A stretch of 64,000 bases of DNA from the human T2T-CHM13v2.0 reference genome, Homo sapiens, in assembly GCF_009914755.1 (NCBI RefSeq), contig NC_060933.1. One strand, given 5' to 3'. Made by a program: the position numbers and the translations under genes. Position 1 is the first letter of the stretch, and each line of letters begins with the position of its first letter. The notes beneath the pieces are model-generated. The model saw nothing but the letters and a program-made list of their open reading frames with translations, had not been told where the DNA came from and did not search any database. Below, in pieces: positions 50,980-64,000 of the stretch.

Positions 50980-52539
50980 CTACACTTGTGCCCACCAAAT
51001 TTGTACAAATAAAAAAATGCATAAGATATAAAAGTAGTGCATAAGAGATCGTAAAATGAACACCTTTGTGACCCCCCCATCCACAAAAAGAAATATAACT
51101 TTGCTAACATCTGTACATCTTTTAGCTATTTACAGCTCCTTGCCATGCCTCTACTGGTAGCCACTATCCTCACCATTATAGCATTGACTTTGATTCTCTT
51201 TATAGTTTTATAACCTAATTATGTATTCATAAACAGTGTAGTAAAATTGTGCTTGTTTTTGGAGCTTTTCCCTGAACGTTTTGAGATACCTGAAATCTTG
51301 TAGCCCCAGGAGCAGTCTTGAAGAAGAGGAGTCAGCAGGGTGTGTGGGAGGTGAATGGGCAAGGAATTCTACACAGGTTGGCCTAGTAAAGTTTGGGGAC
51401 TTTGATCTTACCATTATTAGGTGGACTTGAGATCTTTTCTTGTACCAGGTGATGGAGTCATATCTTCACTGTTGCCAGGGCTCCGGAACTAGCTCTGAGT
51501 CTGCTTCTTTGAAGTGCTGCTTCTGAAGCACCGGTTTGCCGTGATCAGGGATGGTCCTGCCTGGAGTTCTCTTTATGCCCATTCTCTTTCTACTTTTGTT
51601 CTGCTGGGCGTTTCTGGTTTTGTTTGTGTGTAAGAGTCCGTGTGGATTGCAAAAAACAAAATCTAGAAAGTAAAGTCATGGTTTCTTCCTTTTTTCTTTT
51701 CTAATTTGTAAAAATCTGTGGGGTTTAATCTTAGGCTTTATTTGTAGGTGCTTGTTCCTCTATCCCATTTAGACACTTAGAAAGTTTGAACAAATCAAGG
51801 GCTTTCCTTTTTTCTGCAGAGCACGTTAGATTTTCTATAAACCTAAGTAGAAAGTGGCATTGTGGTAGAGATTGTGCCTGATTTGTAAAGAATGTTAAAA
51901 AGATCGTAGAAATAATTTCTAATTCAATTCCGTCGTTCAGATACTTTCAAACTCCTGTGATGCTACTTACATCACAACCTATTACACATACACATATGTG
52001 TAAAACAGACTGAAGTTTCACGAACAGCATCCTTAGTATATACAGTTATTCCAACGTAGTTTATTCTGTTCTAATTTTTTTTAATGTTGATTAGAGATCC
52101 ATTAAATTAACTATAAGATCCTTCAAGAGATCAGTGCCTATAGTTGAAGGTACCATGATTTTCTAGAGGAAGAGGTTAGCTCCAAGGAATTAAACTGAAC
52201 AGAGGCAAACTAGTGTCGTGGTGTGGCTAAGAGTGTGGAACCTTTAGGTTGTGTGTAGTAGCTTATGCCTGTAATCCCAGCGTTTGTGAGCCTGAAGCAG
52301 GAGGATCACTTGAGGCCAGGAGTTTGAAACTAACCTGGGCAACATAGTGAGATCCTATTTCTTAAAAGAGAGAGAGAGAGCATGGACTTTGGAGAAGGAC
52401 AGACTTGGGCTCAGATCCTGGTTTTGCCACTTTCTGGTCATATGATCAGGGCCGTCTGTTTGGCATTCTTGGGTCTCAGTGTCATTTGACTAGGGCAATC
52501 TAGTTGGCATTCTTGGATCCTAGCCTTTTGTAAAATGGC

Positions 52540-53077
52540 ATCTTAATCCATTTCGTGTTGCTATAACAATGTCACAGGCACAGACTGGGTAATTTATAAA
52601 AGAAAAGAAATTTATCACAGTTCTGGAAGCCAAGAAATCCAATATCAAGGTGCTAGTATCTGGCAAGGGCCTTCTTGCCACAGCTTCCCATAGCAGAAAG
52701 TGGAAGAGCAAGAGAGGGAGAGCGAGAGTGACTGAGAGAGCTGGACTCATTTTTTTTTTCCCCCCCAGAGATGGGCATCTTGCTGTGTTGTCCAGTCTGG
52801 CCTTCAACTCGTGGTCACAGGTGATCCTCCCACCTCAGCCTCCTGAGTGGCTGGGACTACAGATACACACCATGGCACCCCTGGCTGGACTCATTTTTAT
52901 AGCAGCCCACTCTTGTGATATAATAATAAATCCACTCCTGTGATAATGGCATTCATCTATTCATAAGGCCAGAGCCCTTGTGGCTTAATCACCTTTTAGT
53001 GGTCCCATCTCTTAATATAGTCACAATGACAACTCAGTTTCAACATGAATTTTAGAGAGAACATTCAAACCATAGCA
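52540..53077 (-). mobile_element. MST/MLT1A-type MaLR LTR with a nested Alu monomer (~52750-52880)
   Basis: cagactgggtaatttataaa..cacagttctgga..cattcaaaccatagca; monomer TSD gctggactcattttt. Confidence 0.8.
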
Positions 53078-53639
53078 AATGGGAATGACACTCTGTGCCT
53101 CAGGGATATGAGTATTAAATGAAAGAATAGCTAGTGGAAAGTAAGCATGCAACACACAGCAGCTTTATTAACCATTGTTATTTGTTTCAGGATTTAATGG
53201 TGTTTCTCTGATTTCTAGCCCAGTGCCCTTTGTACAAATTGCAGAATCCATTATGACAAGAGTTATGGGACAGTGTTATGTAACAGACTAGGTAGATGGG
53301 AATTGCTTAGTTGATCCACTCACCCTTTGGGATCAGTTTAGGTGACTACTGGACTGTGTCCATAAACTCTGCTGGTTTATTACAGGAGTGGGAATTGTCT
53401 AAAAGTGTCAGGCAGTCACAGTGCCTTCAGTGGCAGAAGAGTTAGTCTTTCTGTCCTTGTTCATGGGCAGGAAGTTAAAACTAAGGGGTGTGTTTGTGTG
53501 TAAGATTAGCTCAGGGGAAGGAAGACTGGAGGAGTCTTCACTTCTCCTCCCATAATCTTACATTTAAAATCTATTCTCTTCCTTTCCCCTTCTTTTTTCC
53601 TCTCCCCCTCTCTTTCTCTTTTAAAGAATGACCAGCTTT

Positions 53640-53935
53640 TGCCCAGGCTTGGTGGCTCACGACTGTAATCCCAGCACTTTGGGAGGCTGAGGTGGGAGGA
53701 TTGTTTGAGGTCAGGAGTTCAAGACCAGCCTGGTGAATATAACGAGACCCTATCTCTACAAAAATAAAATAAGAAATTAGCTGGGTGTAGTGGTGCACGT
53801 CTGTGGTCCCAGCTACTTGGGAGGCTGAGGCAGGAGGATCCTTTGAGGCCAGGAGTTCCAGGTTACAGTGAGACGTGATCACGCCACTATACTCCAGTTT
53901 GGGCAACAAACCCTGTCTCTTAAAAATAAATAAAT
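53640..53935 (+). mobile_element. AluJ
   Basis: Alu consensus. Confidence 0.9.
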
Positions 53936-54650
53936 AAACTTTTAATATAAAATTAAATTTATATAAAATCCAATCATTAAGATAAAAACATTTATTAACA
54001 TTTCGCCTTTTTTCTTCCAGTATTTTCTCATGCATTAAAAAAAGAAGGCAGTAATACTGTACATTCAAACACCCTTTTAGTAAAATAAAAAACTGAACTG
54101 GTTAGATAGTTTAAATCAGTAGGATGGTAGAGGATGGGAAAAGGGAGGGATACTTTGCTGAAAGGCAGAGATAGTGATCTCTTACTGTCTCTGAGACTGA
54201 AGGGTGGTCCTCAATTTAATCTTTCCTTCCAGGCATTCTGGAGCAGGGAAGAATCTGACTTTAAAATTGTTCCCTACTTTCTACTGTTTCTCCGTTATTT
54301 GGCATGTCCTCCTGAGTTCAGAAGAATAGGTCTTAAGGGTTTTATGCTGCTGAAAGTAATATCCCATTAGATTGCTGGTGGAGCTATTTTTTTTTTTTTT
54401 TTTTTTACAATGTGAAAGCTGAATTGTTTCTAAGTTCTACTAAACATATATGTACCAGTCAGTGCTTTTCAACTGCGTCAGGTTCCTCAACCTGTGAACC
54501 TACCCAGTCCTTTAGGAAAGCCCAGGTTTGATGCAGGAAGTAACCTGCCCTCTACCACAGTACCTGAATCAGGCATGTGCTCTGGAAATGTTGACCTGAC
54601 ATGAGGACAGTCTGTCTTCTCTTTTCTTCACAGATTTTTTTTCTTCACAG

Positions 54651-54722
54651 ATTTTGAAGCCAGCTTCATAAGGCTATTGGACAAAATAACGAATGGTTCT
54701 CGAATTGAAATAAACCAAACAG
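54651..54722 (+). CDS. RCL1: RCL1 coding exon 2, 72 nt
   Basis: ttcacag|ATTTT..ACAG|gtaagc; (D)FEASFIRLLDKITNGSRIEINQT(G); phase fits exons 1 and 3. Confidence 0.96.
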
Positions 54723-55992
54723 GTAAGCTCCTTTTAGATTCCTAAAAGCACCTCCATGCACTAAAGCATTCCTGTTTCTCACTCTTTTTTTTCTTTCCTT
54801 TTTTTTTCTAGTCAGTCTCTGCTTATCCAAATCACTCTTTTTAATGGTATAAATATTATGTTTAAAGCTTTACTAATCACTTTGTATTATATAAATCACC
54901 ATTAAATTAGAATTTTGGGGGGACTTATATGAGGAACTCACCATATAACTTTGGAGTTATATGAGGAAGCTGTGAGTGTAGATCATAATAAAAGCATATC
55001 ATTCTAGATCATTTTAAAAAATACCGTGTTCCGATGGAAAGACCCAGTTACCTCTCTGTGATATGATTTTCCAGAGACATACATGAAGTCTCCCAATTTG
55101 AAGGGCGTACATTTGATTTAAGGAAGTTAGAAGACTGAAAATTTCAGCAAAGTCTCTCCTCTTTTTTTAACAATAAATATTTTATACATAATGTTTACAT
55201 GAAACTTTCCAAAGTCCATTTACTTATATTATCACATTAAATTATTTCAGCCAACTCTGTGAGGTAGTTTATGGGCTGAATTCTATTTATTTTAAATTTT
55301 GTTTGTTAAAATAAGTTTACACAAGTATATGCAAAAGATGTGAACATCCCTTCACCTCTTTCCTCTTCCATTCCCCTCTCCAGGGGTAGCCACTGTCACA
55401 GCATTTGCTTACATGGACATTTGCATAATTCAGACCATCAGCAACATCATGCTCTTCATATTGTTCTTCAGCCAGCATTTTTTTTTTTTTTTTTTTTTTG
55501 CTAGTACAAATGTCTCAGAGAACTTTCCCTTCCAGCACATGCAGGTCTTCCTTAATATTTCTGTGGGTTGTAGTATAGTATTCCAGTGTATTGATGCATG
55601 ATAATTTATTTAACTGCTCCCCATTGATAAACATTTAGGTTGTTTCTAGCTTTTATTTTTTCTATTAGAAACTTGTGTCTACATTGTATGGAAAACTGTG
55701 GCAAACATCCTTTGGCTGACTCCATTAACTCTCTACCTTTCCGCACACATTCCACAAATAAATCTCTGACCTTTTCCCTATCTTGGCTCTCTTAAGGCAA
55801 GCTTGGGTTCATATGTGGTCCTATACCACATGAGATATTCTGATCTATAGCTGCATTCAGCCATATCTTATGGAGAACAGGTTTCGGGAATGAGATACTC
55901 ACATGTCTTTTGCCAGCTATGAGTCCCTTAATTTCCTTTAGCTTGTTTGCTTTGAAATTGCTGGAGGTTTTTTCAGTAACTTTCATTGGTGA

Positions 55993-56287
<295 letters not shown>

Positions 56288-56859
56288 AAGTCTATTCTTT
56301 TCTAGTCATACTGGCAATGTAGATTGAGGAGTAAGACATTTACATGATTCTGCTCCCACTACATGTCCTTTTAATTTTCCCCATCAGAGTAGTAAAAGCC
56401 TTCATTCTGATGATCTGGCCAGTTTCTCATTTGGCTAATTTGTATAAATAAACATACGGATTTGAAGCATTTAGTGAATATATAGTCTTTTTATGGTTTT
56501 TTGATCTAAAGGATGGTTTTGTGGCCCTTACAACTATTTCAGATAACTGACCCAGAGTCCATTTGAGAAGTGTTCATTACTTTGATCAGAATATGGTCCT
56601 GATTGTGATTGTTTGGATTCTAGTGTTTAATGTAGTAAAACCTACATTTATTTTATGAAAGTCCCAAGAACTTTTTCCCATTTGAGTGACTGAACATGCC
56701 TCCTTCCTCTAATGTTAAATATATTTTTGGTAAATTGTGCCAGAGGGCATTGCAAAAGATTTTGTGCAGCAGAAATACCTTGTTCAACCATTTATGTCCC
56801 CCTATGTCATTTACAGTTTTTTACATTGATATGTAAATCTAGTAAGAAGCTTTTTGGAG

Positions 56860-57360
56860 AGCCAGGCATGGTGGTTCATGCCTGTAATCCCAGCACTTTG
56901 GGAAGATGAGATGGGAGTAAGAAGCTTTTTGGATAGCCAGGCACAAGGTGGTTCATGTCTGTAATCCCAGCACTTTGGGAAGCTGAGCCTAGGAGTTTCA
57001 GACTAGCCTGGGCAATATAGTGAGACCCTTTCTCAAAAAAAAAAAATGATTAGCTGAGTGTGGTAGCATGTGCCTAGGGTCTCAGCACTTTGGGAGGCTG
57101 AGGTGGGAGGATCACTTGAGCCCAAGAGTTCAAGACTATCCTGGACAACATAGTGAGACCCTTTCTCTAAAATAAAGAAAAAAAAGAAAGAAAGAAAGAA
57201 AGAAAAAGAAAAAAAAAATTAGCTGGTCGTGGTCCCAGCTATTCTGGAGGCTGAGATGGGAGGATTGCTTGGCTCTGGAGGTTGAGCTGCAGCAAGCTGT
57301 GATCATGCCGCTGTACTCCAGCTTGGGGGACAGAGCAAGACCCTGTCTCAAAACAAAACA
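56860..57360 (+). mobile_element. AluJ with serial internal duplications
   Basis: Head duplicated with a 75-bp period; left arm repeated; TSD aagctttttg. Confidence 0.85.
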
Positions 57361-57960
57361 AAGCTTTTTGAATGATACGATTATGTGAGAAGTGAATAAA
57401 GATAGTAGTTTCCACTAAAGCCGTAAAATAATATTAGGCATGTCCCTGTATCAATATTAAATTAAAAGACCTACTATTAATGGCACTGAATGCCATAAAG
57501 TACTTGCCTTTTCTTGGCATCATGTTTGGTGAATGAGGTATATGAGAAATATCATTTCAGGGGCCTAGAGGATGCTGGTTGCTGGTGTGATGATTTAAGC
57601 ACATCATTTGTAATTCCCCTCTGTGGTCAGCCTAGTCTGAGAATGTGCTGTTGGGAGACTAGGGTGCTTATTAGGATCTCTTTTCTGTGCCCTGCCATGA
57701 CTCTGGCAACTCAGATGGCTTAGAGAGGGGTTTACTTTATTACTGATTATTAAATTACATTCACAGTTTATTATTGTTACAGGGGCTTGACAGTAGTGAG
57801 TCAGCTTTTGGAGCGAAGTGTGGGCTCTTAGCAAGATGGCATTTCGAGCACTCTTGGATGCCCTTGTCAGGCTTTCCCCTTGGAACTCACTGCCTTCATT
57901 ACCTTTGTGACATTTTAGTTTTTTTCCTGCTGAATGTGGCTCTTTTTCTTCTGGTTTAAG

Positions 57961-58136
57961 GAACAACCTTATATTATCAGCCTGGCCTCCTGTATGGTGG
58001 ATCTGTGGAACATGACTGTAGCGTCCTTCGTGGCATTGGGTATTACCTGGAGAGTCTTCTTTGCTTGGCTCCATTTATGAAGCACCCGTTAAAAATAGTT
58101 CTACGAGGAGTGACCAATGATCAGGTTGACCCTTCA
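57961..58136 (+). CDS. RCL1: RCL1 coding exon 3, 176 nt
   Basis: tttaag|GAACA..TTCA|gtgagt; (G)TTLYYQPGLLYGGSVEHDCSVLRGIGYYLESLLCLAPFMKHPLKIVLRGVTNDQVDPS; cumulative CDS 384 nt. The gene continues past the right edge. Confidence 0.96.
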
Positions 58137-58832
58137 GTGAGTATTGAGAACAAACCGTGGTGTGGTTTTTGTTTTGTCTCTTGTCACAACCCAACTTGTG
58201 AGAAAAAAGTTCCTTATAAGGCACAGTTTTATTACAAATGTATATTGCTTTTGTTATTTACTTTGAGATTTAGAGGTTAATCACTCCAGGAGGCAGATGA
58301 ACCAAAACTTAGGATCATCAAATTCAGGACTATTGTTAACAGTTACCAAGGTGCCTTTTGTTGTTACCTAAGAACCTTCAAAACAGATGCTCTCCGTCTC
58401 ATCATAGTTGACATGAACTATAGTTCTGCTGGCTGTATATGTGAGAGTGGAGTTTTTGTAAGATCCTGTGGTAGCTGAGGCTGGAGGGCAGCTGACCAAA
58501 ATTTTGGGCAGGAGATCATAGCTCCTTGGCATTGTTACAGCGTAATCTTGACTTACCCAGGCTTCAATCATAAACTCAAGGGCTTTCTTCTTCTGAGAAG
58601 AGTTTGCAGATTAGGAAAAGGGCATAAAGTCAGGAAAGGAATGTGTGAGCTTTGGTAGTTTGTGGGTGTCAGCAAGCTTTTGATTTTTATTTTATTTTTT
58701 TTCACCAAGGGTCATGCCAGAGCAAGCTTTTTATTAAACATGCTAATTTTTCTGCAGATATGGGGAGAATGGTTTAATATCAAGCAAAACTTTTTATTGT
58801 GATCACAACTGTCTTAATGCCATTCTAGGATG

Positions 58833-58834
<2 letters not shown>

Positions 58835-58868
<34 letters not shown>

Positions 58869-58872
58869 ACGC

Positions 58873-58906
<34 letters not shown>
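58835..58906. repeat. Compound (TG)n/(GA)n microsatellite
   Basis: Seen directly. Confidence 0.93.
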
Positions 58907-59017
58907 TTAGAGAAGTCTAGAGAAGTCCTGTCCAGGCCTCCCTCCCTTGTAGGAAGGGGTGGATTCCCTGCTTTTGGATGCTCTGCTGTCAGAGAAGATA
59001 TCTTAAAGCTGATGGCC

Positions 59018-59302
<285 letters not shown>

Positions 59303-62099
59303 GTTGATGGCCATGATGCAAAGTACTGAGGTGGTATGCTTGTCTTTACCATTACAGGCCAAGACCAATGAATGGATAGCTTCTGAGGCAGAATGTGAAT
59401 TATGTAGCTTTTCTACTCAGGGAGGACCAATGAGGTGATGCTGTGAGCCCCAAAGTAGAGATTGCTGGTATTCATCAAGATACCTACTAGGGTATAAACA
59501 TTGTTAATATGTTCTTAGGCAATAAAAACTTATTCTTCATTTCTTGGAAATTCAGCTGCATAAACTCTTTTCCCTGGGATACTGAGTATAGTACAAGATC
59601 TGAAATTCTTAAGCTGTAAAGGAATGTTGCGTAAACTGTTGAGAATATTTAATTAAGTGTTTTTTTTTTTTTTGCATTTTCTAGAAGACTATAGGAAATG
59701 AGTTCTTTGGATAAAAGAATGAGAAGAGGTATAAATATATTTAGATTGGAAGAGAGAAAGGTGCCTCAAACAGTGGGAAAAGGCCCTGAAGTGTACAGCA
59801 GTGTGTGTATCTGTTTTGTGCTTTTTTTTTCTATACTTGCTAATTATCTTAAAAGCTTTTCTCACTGGCAATATTTTAAAAATTTTATATGCTAACAGTG
59901 ACAAAAGATCAGTTGATGAATTTCTCAGAAATGGGACCCAAAAAGTCTGTTTTCATATGCTGTAGGAGTATCTGCTTTTGCCAGCTGCATGACTAAAATG
60001 ACCTTGGTTGGTATCTGGCTCCAGGCCAGGGTAAAATAAATATACTTAATCCTGAATAAAGAGTGACTTCTTCAGCTCATTCCATGGCTCCTTCATTTCT
60101 AGCTTCTTCTTTTCTTTGTGGTTTCCTCATTAGTTCATGTCTGCATCTACTCTCTGTGTACAAGGATGAAATGAGTGATTCTGTCCTTAACAAACTCCTA
60201 GTCTCGTGGGGTGGACAGCTGGGAACTCATTTAGAGAGATTACAAGGATGAATACCCTTGGGCTCGATAGAGGTAGAAGCAAAGTGCTTAGTGTTAGAGA
60301 GCGTTTCTTGAGGAGGGAAAATCAGAATCAGTCTGGGTTTTAGGAAGATAATTCTGGAGGTTGAGTGAAAGATGAATGGAGAGGTGATAGACTAGCTTGG
60401 GCATTATGGAGATGGAAGGAGAACGGAAGGGGCAGATAGGACAACTAATTGGAGGCGGAGTGAGAGGAAGGGGCCATAGATGACTTCATGATTTCTGTCC
60501 TGGTTGCAATAAAGGATCATGATCGTAAAGATCATTCCCATTTGACAAAGGGAAGAGGAAAATTGCAGTAGGATAATGAGTGATGCTTTTTATTTTGGTC
60601 CTGTTCCCTGGGATGTTGGCAGCCTAACCATATAAGGATTTCCAGTTGGCAGTTAGAAATTATTGTCTGGAGCCTCAGAGACAGGTCATCACGATCTTAC
60701 CTGCTGATACTTAAGCCTCTAGGAGTATGAGATTGATTAGGCTGAGGTTGAACACTGGTGGGTTTGGCTGAATTCATCTTTCACGTGTTTTTCCTTTGAC
60801 ATGTACAGTGTGGCAGTGGTGGCGGTGGTGGTGGTTGTTGGTAGTGGTGTGTGTATGCATCTGAATTGGTTGTTCATGTTTGAAACTCCAGATTTTACAT
60901 TATGATAGGGCAGTGTGACAATACTGAATGGTGGTTCCTCCATGACAGCCATCAGTTGGAGGTGAGTAGCAGCTGCCTTTTTTGGATAAGGTGTGAGCTT
61001 TCAGCTGGACACAGGTCACAGCTGACCTCATCATTCATTTAAGCTTCCTCTCTGCCCTCTGTGGGCATTAGGGTTTCTGCCCCATGGTCCAAGGGACTGA
61101 GAATGGAAGAAGGAGAAATGAGTGTTTAAGGTGTGAGTGGGAGAAGAGGAGCTAGAGACAGAGTGACTGTGGAGATAGAAGTATTTGGAGAAGCCAAGCA
61201 GGAATCAAGTTCTAAGAAGTCAGGGATAATCCACAGAATCACTCTTTGCCAGAGTTGAGTCAGACTGAGCAGTGAGACATTTTTATTGACCTTTGAGAGA
61301 ACAGTGTTATTGGAGTATAAGGACAGGAACAGACTGAGGAACGAGTAGGAACTAGAGCTATTGGAAAGTTAGGAGATTCTTCCAGAAGGTTTTAAGAGCT
61401 GAGGTTGGGATTTTTTTTAGACTAGGGGAAACTTGAGCTTGCTTGTAGGCTGAGGAGAAGCTGTAATGGAAAAGAAAATAATTAAAAGAGCTGAGGGTCC
61501 TTGCCGAAGTCCAGAGGGGATAAGGATTGAAAACAGAGGTGATGGAATGAGCCTTATGAAGAGGAAGAAGACATTTTTTCCTTAGAGGCAAGAGAATAGA
61601 AAGTGGGGAGAAATTTTAAAGAGAAGTTTTAGAAGGTCTCCTGACTCTTGGTAGTGTGGCACCAGAGCTCCCAGTAATTATTTGTTGGTGCCAACAAGCT
61701 GCTCCAATGGTGGATGAAGATTCCATTCTTTTCCAGTTCCCTCTTAGAGAAGGAAAAGAAGTACAATAATGTCTCCCATGTACTGGGCATTATTCTAGGT
61801 GTACATATGTATGTATGTGTATATCCATATCTGTTTAATTCTTCTACCAACCCAGTGAGGTGGGTGTTTCAGACAAGGTAACTGGAGAGCAGGTTTCTTC
61901 CTCTCTTTTTTCTTTTTTTAGCATAGATTGATTACATTTTTACCTTTTGATTGATTGACTGCACTGTAATGGTAATACCTTTGCCCTGAGCTGCCACTTA
62001 GGGTTTGATCTTTGCCTTTTCTCTCTGACCGCAGAGTGGACCGATCACTTTCCCTTAAGCAGAACTTACAGGCCACCATCACTCTGCTAAAACTAGAAT

Positions 62100-62260
62100 G
62101 TGCAAAGCTGCAGGAGACTGGAGAGTGTTCGGCCCAGCCTCTCATTTTACGAAGGAGGAAACTGAGGCCCAGGAGACAGGGAATTGTCTAGGGTCTAACA
62201 GCCAGTGAGAGGCAGAGTAGGTCCCAAGCCCTCATCTGCTTTTCCTGCCCTTGTCCCACC
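62100..62260 (-). mobile_element. MIR
   Basis: ctcattttacgaaggaggaaactgaggcccag. Confidence 0.7.
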
Positions 62261-62594
62261 GCACCAAGTTGCCTGTCTTCCATGTCATATGGAGAGTGAT
62301 AAAGGGACAGGACTACACCTGGAATTACCCTTGGGCTTCTTGCTGAACTAAGTAAATTTGGCTTCACTCTTTGTGACTCAAGGTATAGGAAGGATGAGCC
62401 AGAAGGAATGCTGTGTTTTTTCACCTTTTTTTCCCTCGAGAGAGCCGGTGGCTGCCCAGAGTAACTGCAGCATTGCATCCCCTACTTTTTCAGAATCTGA
62501 CTTGGCCTTCTCCCCAGCTGCTCTTAAGCCTCGACTGTATTCTTCTTTATCTGGCAACGCCAAATGCATATATTAAGTTTTTGAGTGTGCTTTA

Positions 62595-62797
<203 letters not shown>

Positions 62798-63552
62798 GTA
62801 GCTTTAATATTTAAAATTAGCTAATCTTCAGTGGTTTTCCTAGTTTCCCCTGCCCCACCTGATCCATTCTAAGCATGTTCTTAGGCCTCACAGGTCATTC
62901 CTAAGTCTGGTATTTTTCTGATATCACAATATTTAGTTGGGGCTTCTTAGCCTGTTAGAGTTAGTTGTAACTTGGAGATGGCTGGGCTTGAGCCCCTTGC
63001 CTTAGAGATAAGGAAATTCAGATAGTTGTGATTTTCTTGTCTGAGGCAACATAGCTAATTAGAAGCGGAGCTGGGACCAGGACTAGGGCTTTTCCTATGC
63101 CTTCTGTGTGGTGCCTGCCCTCCCTGCCAGCTGACAGATCCAAGAAGGGAACAAGTAATGGAGTAATTTTCTTTCCCATGTAGCAGTTGAGGCAACATTT
63201 GCCAACTCGTTAGATAACAGTACCTGATTTGAATGCCATCTTTATACTCTTATCAGGAATCCACAAATGGATCAGAAAGACCCCAGACTTCCTGGGAGCT
63301 CTGAATGCAGGAGGAGATAACAGTTACACGTGGCAAAGTCTTGCCATTAACTATGGATGTTGTAACTAATTGTAGTTTTGAGTTTGTGCTGCTTCCTGTA
63401 GTTTGAGGCTGTCATCACCCCGACTCCCCAACTCCCATGTAAAATCATCACCTTCCCTTTAGCTGCCTGTGTGGTGCTCATCATTGGCATTCTTAGGTGA
63501 GCTGTTGAATAGTTAATTTGGTTTGCTTTGACTCGGAATGCTACCGGCTCTA

Positions 63553-64000
<448 letters not shown>

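Overview
Primate genomic DNA, almost certainly human; gene content points to chr9p24.1 (from recall, not a database lookup). The window holds the 5' half of RCL1 (RNA 3'-terminal phosphate cyclase-like protein, 18S rRNA/40S biogenesis) on the + strand: a CpG-island promoter at ~23.5-24.7 kb and coding exons 1 (24208-24343), 2 (54651-54722) and 3 (57961-58136), codons 1-128. Four retrocopies lie on the - strand: ECM1 (1-1150), RPS5 (12.5-13.3 kb, inside a near full-length L1MA), an 18S rRNA fragment (30.85-31.11 kb) and a full-length KLF4 copy (33.6-36.96 kb); the last two are in RCL1 intron 1. The rest is mostly Alu, L1, L2, MIR, MaLR/ERVL LTR and hAT repeats. Almost all ORFs in the track are repeat-derived or spurious. 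I see no new protein-coding system. The best leads are: a CpG island selectively retained inside the decayed KLF4 retrocopy (possible intragenic promoter); a perfect 17-bp duplication of the exon 2 splice acceptor that creates a frameshifting alternative 3' splice site; a 3 x 43-bp GC-box+CCAAT repeat in the core promoter; and an antisense 18S fragment inside the gene for an 18S-processing factor. Repeat boundaries and subfamily calls were made by eye and are approximate.
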